From Minisyncoccota bacterium (lineage in GTDB: Bacteria > Patescibacteriota > Minisyncoccia > Phycocordibacterales > UBA918), in contig JAIPIB010000001.1 in the NCBI GenBank assembly GCA_021734905.1, positions 136,821 through 200,820 of the forward strand: a stretch of DNA of 64,000 nt, written 5' to 3'. A model generated the notes under the pieces. That model made no database searches. It was not told the DNA's origin and worked only from the letters and a program-made list of their open reading frames with translations. The number at the start of each line of letters is the position of its first letter. Position 1 is the stretch's first letter. The position numbers and the translations under genes were made by a program. Positions 31,282 through 37,786 of the stretch are shown one piece after another.

Positions 31282-31962
31282 ATGGAAGACATGATACATA
31301 AAGATAACGAATTACGAAATATGTCAAAACTTGAAGAGAGGATAGTTTTTTTCTTTGTGTGTATTGGTATTATTTCGATAACATATGGTGTACTTTTTGT
31401 ACTTGATTTTCTCCCAGAGAAGAAAGTGCTTGACACTGATACTGTCGCGCTTATGGATGAACAGCTAGAGAATCTTGAATCGAATGAAGTAACAGCTCTA
31501 GATGAGGAGTCCGTTCCTGTTGAAGCTCTGCCAATAAGCATTATTATTGACTCACTGGATAAGAAAGTAACAATTCTTAATCCAGATACTGATTCTATTT
31601 CAGCACTTGATGAAGCCCTTCTTTCTGGCGTTGTCCGCCATCCAGATTCAGCGGATTTTAATGAGAAGGGAACTATTTTTCTTCTTGGACATTCGAGCTA
31701 TCTTCCGGTAGTAAATAATAAAAACTTTCAAGCATTTAATGGAATTCAGAAACTTAAATGGGGAGACACGATTCGTCTTCGTTCATCTGATACTGAGTAT
31801 GTCTATAGTGTTGCAAGGGTTTACGAAGCAAAGGCGACAGATGCTGAAGTGAAGATTGAAAGAGGTGTTTCAAGCCTCATACTTTCAACATGCAACTCTT
31901 TTGGTACAAAAGATGACCGATTTATTGTTGAGGCTATGTTTGTCGAGTCACATAGTTTTTAA
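31282..31962 (+). CDS. Sortase
   Basis: N-terminal TM; catalytic GHSS, LSTC, DDR triad; the TTG at 31231 is a TTGACA -35 box, so ATG 31282 is preferred. Confidence 0.9.
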   Translation: MEDMIHKDNELRNMSKLEERIVFFFVCIGIISITYGVLFVLDFLPEKKVLDTDTVALMDEQLENLESNEVTALDEESVPVEALPISIIIDSLDKKVTILNPDTDSISALDEALLSGVVRHPDSADFNEKGTIFLLGHSSYLPVVNNKNFQAFNGIQKLKWGDTIRLRSSDTEYVYSVARVYEAKATDAEVKIERGVSSLILSTCNSFGTKDDRFIVEAMFVESHSF

Positions 31963-32016
31963 CCCCTATTTTTAAGTGGAAGCTATAAAAGCTTTAAAAT
32001 AAGCCACCTCAGACCC

Positions 32017-32045
32017 TTGACAAGAAAATTAGTACGACGTATAAT
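32017..32045 (+). promoter_or_regulatory. Consensus sigma70 promoter
   Basis: TTGACA-17 bp-TATAAT, a perfect match. Confidence 0.85.
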
Positions 32046-32086
32046 ATATAGATAAGGTTCTTCTCTTGATGATCTAAAGGTATATT

Positions 32087-32240
32087 GTTCTCTCACAGGT
32101 TAGGCATATGGTAGTTGGCTTTTTGAATGGAAAAGTTTTAAATCTTCTTTTTAGGAAGCCACCTGCGAGCACATTGTGCGCAAAGGGAGGGTATAAGTCT
32201 GCATGAAGATGTAGACATTGATCGTTGATTTTAAAAGGAG
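32087..32240 (+). ncRNA. Candidate structured leader RNA, copy 1
   Basis: Shares GTTCTC, TGGTAGTTGGCT, TTTAGGAAGCCRCCT, GGGAGG, GTCTGCAT hairpin and TTGAT...AAAAGGAG with 35164-35336. Confidence 0.6.
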
Positions 32241-32246
32241 ACCATC

Positions 32247-33374
32247 ATGGTCGTCAAGACAATCCGCGCCATAGTGGCGCTTCTTACCGTAGCAATGTTT
32301 GCTGGATGTGCCCAAATGGGCGGCGGAGGCGGTGCTGGGTCCTCAGAAGGACCAAGCGCCGCAGCTGTCGTGGCAGCACAACAAGTCGCTCTACAAGAGC
32401 AAGCCCGGGCGCAAGCAACTATCGCACCTTCACCGCTGGTTCAAAAAACCAGCATAACCGAACCAGCGGCAGCAAGATTGCCGTTGGCGAGAAAGGGAGA
32501 AATCTCTTCTACAAAGGTGCTCGCGAAGAACATTCGCGAAGCACTTGCGAAGGATCCTTCCGGTAACAAGAGGTTGGTCAAGGGGACCAATACCACAGCA
32601 GCTGGCTTTCTTGCTTCAGTGCAAGCCGCCGGTGGCACGGTGAATGGCCTCGAGGCACTTCCTGTATATCTTGAGTCGCTCATGGCTCGTGATATGCCTT
32701 CGGGCAAACTTACGATGTCGCGGGTGTTGTACTCGGCAGGGAAAGGTGTCGAGAAGTATCAGCTCGACATCAAGAATGGCTTCACACGCTTGGCGCACAA
32801 GGGAGAAAAGGGGTGGTACGACGCCAATACGGGTCGCCTTATTCTCGCTGGTGACTGTAGCAACAGTCCTCTCAGGTTTACCGAGGGGCCAGTTGCAACA
32901 GTGCCTGTGCAACAAGCACAAGCGACACAGCCAGCTCTTCAGTGCGGCGACGGCAAGAAGTATTTTGTCGTTCGTATCTTGCAAAAGGAAGCGATGGAAG
33001 TCGCAGGCGTCAGGGGAGCGGTCGCCGTTGAGCGGGCGAAGCGTCAGTATCATGACGGCGCATCACTTTCGGGTACATTCGCTGCTGAATTCAAGGCGAT
33101 GCTCGACGCGGGGGAGTTGTCTCGGAGCACAAAACCCCACAAGGTTTCAGTGAATCTACTGAAGCCAGACGGTGGTGTGGTCGAAGTCCTTCCCTTCGGT
33201 GCCGTCGTGGGAGAATATCGCAATGAATTGCCCAAGGAATTTCGTGGGCAGGATCAAATGCAGGTAGTTTTTCCCGAGTCGATCAAGCTTCTTCATTATC
33301 CCTTCAAGGATATGAGGGAGATGCGATCAAGCTTCGTCAATTGCGTGAATGTTTTTTACGCAATCGAGAAGTAA
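32247..33374 (+). CDS. Orphan putative lipoprotein
   Basis: AGGAG SD; lipobox-like FAGC after a hydrophobic signal; visibly GC-richer than neighbouring genes. Confidence 0.75.
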   Translation: MVVKTIRAIVALLTVAMFAGCAQMGGGGGAGSSEGPSAAAVVAAQQVALQEQARAQATIAPSPLVQKTSITEPAAARLPLARKGEISSTKVLAKNIREALAKDPSGNKRLVKGTNTTAAGFLASVQAAGGTVNGLEALPVYLESLMARDMPSGKLTMSRVLYSAGKGVEKYQLDIKNGFTRLAHKGEKGWYDANTGRLILAGDCSNSPLRFTEGPVATVPVQQAQATQPALQCGDGKKYFVVRILQKEAMEVAGVRGAVAVERAKRQYHDGASLSGTFAAEFKAMLDAGELSRSTKPHKVSVNLLKPDGGVVEVLPFGAVVGEYRNELPKEFRGQDQMQVVFPESIKLLHYPFKDMREMRSSFVNCVNVFYAIEK

Positions 33375-33387
33375 TCTTCTGAGGTTG

Positions 33388-33429
33388 AGTAGCAGGTGCG
33401 CTCGCGCACCTGCTACTAATCTCTTTTTT
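33388..33429 (+). terminator. Intrinsic terminator
   Basis: AGTAGCAGGTGCG-CTCG-CGCACCTGCTACT followed by AATCTCTTTTTT. Confidence 0.75.
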
Positions 33430-33485
33430 CATTCTTTCAATATTCTTACGTGCTGAACGTAGGTGAGAATATTCAGAAGTATGAA
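33428..33485 (+). promoter_or_regulatory. Conserved 58-bp imperfect hairpin, copy 1, upstream of a sortase substrate
   Basis: 46/58 identical to 36582-36639 without gaps; AATATTC/GAATATT stem. Confidence 0.65.
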
Positions 33486-33512
33486 CAATATTTTAGAAAA
33501 TTATTTATTGCT

Positions 33513-35060
33513 ATGAAAAAAATATATTCAAAAATAAATATACTAGTACTTCGAGGTAGTCTCGTTGCGTTTTTTCTCGTTGTATTTTTTACTCAAAGTA
33601 TAGGATCTACACTTAGTGCTCAATATGCTTACGCCGATGAAGGGGGAGTTGGGAGCTCAGTATTTGTTTACATTGATGAGGGAGGTGTAGGAAGTAGCAA
33701 TTATGAACCATGGCCTGATATCGACTATGGTGCTTATACAGAAGGAGGGATTGGGAGTAGCTATGGTTCAGTTCAGTCTGTCACAAGTAATACTTCAGGT
33801 GCAGCCGTGTCATATGAATACATAGTCCAGTATGAGAATAGTCCATATGCATATTCGTATGCCCCGACAACATACTCATATAATCCGACGACGTATGGTT
33901 CATATCAGTATTCATACGCCCCAACAAACTACTCATATAATCCAACAACATACTCAGATAGATCATCAACATATTCAACCTATGATTATTCATATGATCC
34001 AAAAATATATAATGATTATGGTGACGTGCGATGTGATATTGATGCGAGTGATACACGTGTAGAAAAAGGTGATCGAATTACACTTGATTGGAATACGACG
34101 AATGCAGATGATGTTCGTATCAATCAGGGTATTGGAGATGTTTCTGATGATGGAAGTAGACGAGTCACGATAACGAAAGATACAACCTTCACACTTACGG
34201 CGCGCAATGGTTCTGATACGAGAACATGTCGTGTACAGGTTAGGGTTGACGATGATTCAGATGATATTCCTCGTTGTCGACTTACTATTTCAGATACCCG
34301 TATTCAGGTGGGAGAGCAAGTAACGCTCTCATGGGATAATCTTCGCACCGATCGACTTGTCCTTCGAGATAGTCATGGAATTACCATCGCTGATTCAAAG
34401 TATGATCGTACGCTCGATGAAGATGCAGGAGCACTCTTTCTTCGTCCAACAAGGCAGACAGATTATGTGGCAACGGTATATAACGGAAATGAACGACGAA
34501 CGTGTACTGTTGGTGTGCAAACTGACAACGTGGTAATTACGAGTGTGCGTTCACAGGGTGGTATTCCACTTGCTGGGGTTCCATATACAGGTTTTGAGGC
34601 TGGTCCAGCTCTAACAACTTTCTTTTATCTCGTCCTTATAATTTGGGGGGTTATTATTGCCTACGTCCTTGTGATAAGAAAAAAAGTACTTGTAAATGAA
34701 CCTGACGTCCTTGATGTATATACAAAAATGACAGAGACAAATATGCCAGAGATTTCTGTCGATATGTATGAACAATCACTAGCAACACCAAGTAATTTAC
34801 CCATTGATACTGATGAGAGTCAGGATGATGAAGACTCTCCATTACTTGATGAAACATTTCAAGCACTCGAAGGCTACGCACATGAGCATAAAACACTTGT
34901 TTCAAGTGAAGCACTTCGCTTTATTGAATCACAAGGAGGGACTATGGAAGCGCAGGTTGCAACTCTTGATCATGTTATAAAGTTGGCGAAAGCGCGATAC
35001 CCAATAGAAAATGGATGGACAGTTCTTAATAAAGATCGAGTAATCACCCTACTTGAATAG
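33513..35060 (+). CDS. Surface protein and putative sortase substrate: EGG(V/I)GSS repeats, Tyr-rich segment, two Ig-like domains, VPYTG + TM + cytoplasmic tail
   Basis: Signal ending in AYA; two Cys-bracketed Ig/PKD-like repeats; GIPLAGVPYTG, hydrophobic helix, RKK; ATG 33513 preferred. Confidence 0.75.
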   Translation: MKKIYSKINILVLRGSLVAFFLVVFFTQSIGSTLSAQYAYADEGGVGSSVFVYIDEGGVGSSNYEPWPDIDYGAYTEGGIGSSYGSVQSVTSNTSGAAVSYEYIVQYENSPYAYSYAPTTYSYNPTTYGSYQYSYAPTNYSYNPTTYSDRSSTYSTYDYSYDPKIYNDYGDVRCDIDASDTRVEKGDRITLDWNTTNADDVRINQGIGDVSDDGSRRVTITKDTTFTLTARNGSDTRTCRVQVRVDDDSDDIPRCRLTISDTRIQVGEQVTLSWDNLRTDRLVLRDSHGITIADSKYDRTLDEDAGALFLRPTRQTDYVATVYNGNERRTCTVGVQTDNVVITSVRSQGGIPLAGVPYTGFEAGPALTTFFYLVLIIWGVIIAYVLVIRKKVLVNEPDVLDVYTKMTETNMPEISVDMYEQSLATPSNLPIDTDESQDDEDSPLLDETFQALEGYAHEHKTLVSSEALRFIESQGGTMEAQVATLDHVIKLAKARYPIENGWTVLNKDRVITLLE

Positions 35061-35068
35061 GTGGGTGA

Positions 35069-35110
35069 CTACCGGATCAGCCAGACGTATATGTCTGGCT
35101 GATCCGGTAG
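35069..35110. terminator. 42-bp near-perfect palindrome after the gene end
   Basis: CTACCGGATCAGCCAGACGTA-TATGTCTGGCTGATCCGGTAG. Confidence 0.6.
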
Positions 35111-35121
35111 GAGGTGTTATA

Positions 35122-35150
35122 TTGACATCGATACCATTATGCAGTATAGT
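35122..35150 (+). promoter_or_regulatory. Sigma70 promoter
   Basis: TTGACA-17 bp-TATAGT. Confidence 0.8.
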
Positions 35151-35163
35151 TTTGCACAAATAA

Positions 35164-35336
35164 GTTCTCGGGGCGTTCTTAATTTTTTTCGGTCTCAAAC
35201 CGAAAAAACAAAAATTGGTAGTTGGCTCGCTGTATAGAAAATTTCTTTTAAAATTCTATTTAGGAAGCCGCCTATGATTGATGTAGGGGGAGGCGTCTGC
35301 ATTTTTGTGGACACGTTCATTGATATGAAAAGGAGG
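35164..35336 (+). ncRNA. Candidate structured leader RNA, copy 2
   Basis: Homologous to 32087-32240 with compensatory pairs (AGGT/ACCT vs GGGC/GCCT). Confidence 0.6.
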
Positions 35337-35343
35337 TCGCACC

Positions 35344-35835
35344 ATGACAAAACTTACGTGGCGTCGCTACTGGTGGAGTGTCATGATTGTGGCACTCCTT
35401 GCATTTATAGCAGGAATTGATTCTTCACCAAAAGTACGTGCTCTTGCAAAAGGTTATTACCAACTGGTGATTGACCTGAAAGGAGACTTTGCTGGAGCAG
35501 TCAAGGCACGCACTTCACCTAACAGCGAGTTTGAAAAAACTGTTGTTATGAAAACAAAACCTAGAGAGAGTCCTCCAAAACTAGAGGAGTCTTTGGAAGG
35601 TTTGACTCCTGAGCCAGCATCAAAAAAGGCTGAGTCAGAGAAGGTTGTGGTCCTGCCTTCGAAAGCGGAACCATTACCTACGAAGGTGAAGAAGGAAAAG
35701 AAGCAAGCGAACAAACCTGCCAAAGAATCCTCTTCGAGGAAACCTGCAGTTGTGTGTAGGGATGTCGATGTAGGACCATCCAAGGCAGACGCCATTCTTG
35801 GGATTCCTCCCAGAAGTGTATGTTCAAACTCATAG
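35344..35835 (+). CDS. Orphan membrane-anchored Pro/Lys/Glu-rich protein
   Basis: AAGGAGG SD; N-terminal TM; C-terminal Cys pair. Confidence 0.7.
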   Translation: MTKLTWRRYWWSVMIVALLAFIAGIDSSPKVRALAKGYYQLVIDLKGDFAGAVKARTSPNSEFEKTVVMKTKPRESPPKLEESLEGLTPEPASKKAESEKVVVLPSKAEPLPTKVKKEKKQANKPAKESSSRKPAVVCRDVDVGPSKADAILGIPPRSVCSNS

Positions 35836-35849
35836 AAGGAGGTCGCACC

Positions 35850-36509
35850 ATGAAACGTAACAATTGGTTTTTGCCTGTTGTGGCAGTGCTTGCACTCGTC
35901 ACGAGCGGATATGCCTTTGCAGCATCGTGTACCAAGCACGAACAGAAAGGCTGTCTGGAAATTCAGGTCCTCAATGTCTCGTGGGAGAAGGGAAATTCAA
36001 ACCTTCAAGGACTAGACGGGCCGCCAAAAGATGACGACGACAGACTGAGACGCACCAAGAGTCTTGGGCCGGATTTGCTCAAGGCATACGAGAGAGGTGA
36101 TGTCGAAGCGGCAGCACCTCGGTCGTACCATGTCTTCTTTTGGAAACCGAACATGGACATCACGACTGAAGCGATGGCATCATGGCGGTTGAACGGGAAG
36201 ATAGTTTCACGTGGGGATGTTGAGGAGGTTACGGGGAAGGTCCCAGGGCCAAAATCGACTGGGCTTGGAGAACCAAACCGCGTCTATAGGGTTTGGGTGA
36301 CTGGAGAAAAAGCTTTTGCTCTTTCATTTCAGGCACCGTGGGACCTGTTCACCAAAGATACGGTGATTATGGTCACCCCTGAAGGCGGGAAAAGTGTCCA
36401 TCCAGGGAACGGAAAAGCGCTCTGGATCATGCCAAAATACCTGAACGAAACAATCAGGGTCGGGGCGTGGGATTGGGTATTGATGGCCTTTGTCCTCAAT
36501 CCTGAGTGA
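35850..36509 (+). CDS. Orphan secreted protein
   Basis: AAGGAGG SD before ATG 35850; signal MKRNNWFLPVVAVLALVTSGYAFA. Confidence 0.75.
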   Translation: MKRNNWFLPVVAVLALVTSGYAFAASCTKHEQKGCLEIQVLNVSWEKGNSNLQGLDGPPKDDDDRLRRTKSLGPDLLKAYERGDVEAAAPRSYHVFFWKPNMDITTEAMASWRLNGKIVSRGDVEEVTGKVPGPKSTGLGEPNRVYRVWVTGEKAFALSFQAPWDLFTKDTVIMVTPEGGKSVHPGNGKALWIMPKYLNETIRVGAWDWVLMAFVLNPE

Positions 36510-36534
36510 GGTTGTTCTTTTGAAGTATGGATCT

Positions 36535-36580
36535 ATCCAGCAGTCACACGAATGTGTGTGACTGCTGGATAATCTTTTTT
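36535..36580 (+). terminator. Intrinsic terminator
   Basis: TATCCAGCAGTCACAC...GTGTGACTGCTGGATA followed by ATCTTTTTT. Confidence 0.75.
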
Positions 36581-36581
36581 A

Positions 36582-36639
36582 TTCATTCTTTCAATACTCA
36601 TGCGTACATGATGTAGGTGGGAGTATTTAGAAGCATGAA
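36582..36639 (+). promoter_or_regulatory. Conserved 58-bp imperfect hairpin, copy 2
   Basis: Homolog of 33428-33485 with a T-A to C-G compensatory change (AATACTC/GAGTATT). Confidence 0.65.
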
Positions 36640-36651
36640 TCAATAATAAGT

Positions 36652-37719
36652 ATGAAAAATAATATTAAGACAAGTAGCAAAATGAGTACCTGGATGTATG
36701 TGTGTCTTACTGCGCTCATGCTTATGGTTGGACTCTATATAATTCTTCCTTCATTCGTATTAACAGAAAGAGTTGAGCGTGTTGTGTATACCACAATGAA
36801 TGCTGATGCGTTTGGTGGAGGTGGAGGTGGTGGTGGTGGTGGAGGTGGTGGTGGAGGCGATGCAGGTCCTGGTGTCGGAGACGCCGGCAGCGTTGGTGGA
36901 GGAGAAGGCGGAGTTGGAGTTTCTGCAGCTGCTGCACCAGCTGCGCCTAGTTCCCCTGCATCTGGAGGAGAAGGTGGGGTTGGGTCAAGCGTAGGAGCTT
37001 CAGGAGCATCTGGAGGAGAAGGTGGAGTTGGGTCAAGCGTAGGAGCTTCAGGAGCATCTGGAGGAGAAGGCGGAGTTGGGTCAAGCGTAGGAGACTCATC
37101 TAGTGTAGGTTCCTCTGGAGACACTGGAGGAGCTGGAGATACTACCTTGGCACTTGCTCCAGTCGTACCACCAGTAGTGCCTCCAGTCGTACCACCAGTA
37201 GTGCCTCCAGTAGTACCTCCAGTGGTTCCACCCGGAGGTGGAGGAGGGGGTGGCAGTAGTAGTGGTGGAGGTGGAGGAGGTTCAAGCTCACCTCGATGTG
37301 TTTTTACGGTTTCTGACAACGTTATCACTCTAGGTCAAACAGTAACGCTTTCATGGAATAACACGAGAACAAATAACATTACTATCATTGACAGTCTTGG
37401 TATTGTTTTTGTCGACACTGTTAACGCACCGATTTTTGATGAAGATACAGGAAGTGTCACCATTACTCCGATTCAATCAACAACATATACACTTACAGCA
37501 ATACGTGGAGCACGTACTCGAGATTGTTCCGTGGATGTTTCAATCGTGGATTTAAATAGTGCGAGATCTCAAGATGGAATTTCTCTATCTCGAGTCCCTT
37601 ATACCGGCATTGGAACAAATCTTTCTATAGTATTCTTTGGCGGTGTTGCGGCATGGCTTGCATCTGTAGGATACGCTCTCCATATTCGACGCAGAAAAGT
37701 AGTTACGGAAAAAATATAA
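36652..37719 (+). CDS. Gly/Ser/Pro-rich surface protein and putative sortase substrate (VPYTG)
   Basis: N-terminal TM/signal, G14 run, three EGGVGSS, six PVVP, one Ig-like domain paralogous to the 33513 protein, GISLSRVPYTG + TM + RRRK. Confidence 0.75.
   Translation: MKNNIKTSSKMSTWMYVCLTALMLMVGLYIILPSFVLTERVERVVYTTMNADAFGGGGGGGGGGGGGGGDAGPGVGDAGSVGGGEGGVGVSAAAAPAAPSSPASGGEGGVGSSVGASGASGGEGGVGSSVGASGASGGEGGVGSSVGDSSSVGSSGDTGGAGDTTLALAPVVPPVVPPVVPPVVPPVVPPVVPPGGGGGGGSSSGGGGGGSSSPRCVFTVSDNVITLGQTVTLSWNNTRTNNITIIDSLGIVFVDTVNAPIFDEDTGSVTITPIQSTTYTLTAIRGARTRDCSVDVSIVDLNSARSQDGISLSRVPYTGIGTNLSIVFFGGVAAWLASVGYALHIRRRKVVTEKI
36958..37230 (+). repeat. Coding tandem repeats: 48-bp unit x~2.8 (36958-37093) and PVVP 12-bp unit x6 (37159-37230)
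   Basis: GCATCTGGAGGAGAAGGYGGRGTTGGGTCAAGCGTAGGAGCTTCAGGA units; CCAGTNGTNCCN units. Confidence 0.9.
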
Positions 37720-37786
37720 AGATAAGATTATAATAAAAAACACAAGGCGCTGCCTTGTGTTTTTTATTTGCAGAGAGCCAGACTGC

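Noticed and set aside
33428-33485. 58-bp hairpins as integron attC sites
   Set aside because: No RYYYAAC/GTTRRRY ends and no integron integrase in the window
36958-37230. Tandem repeats as CRISPR or DGR template/variable repeats
   Set aside because: In-frame coding repeats with no spacers, no adenine-specific variation and no reverse transcriptase
36735-37328. 197-aa Pro-rich antisense ORF
   Set aside because: Shadow of the Gly-rich plus-strand gene
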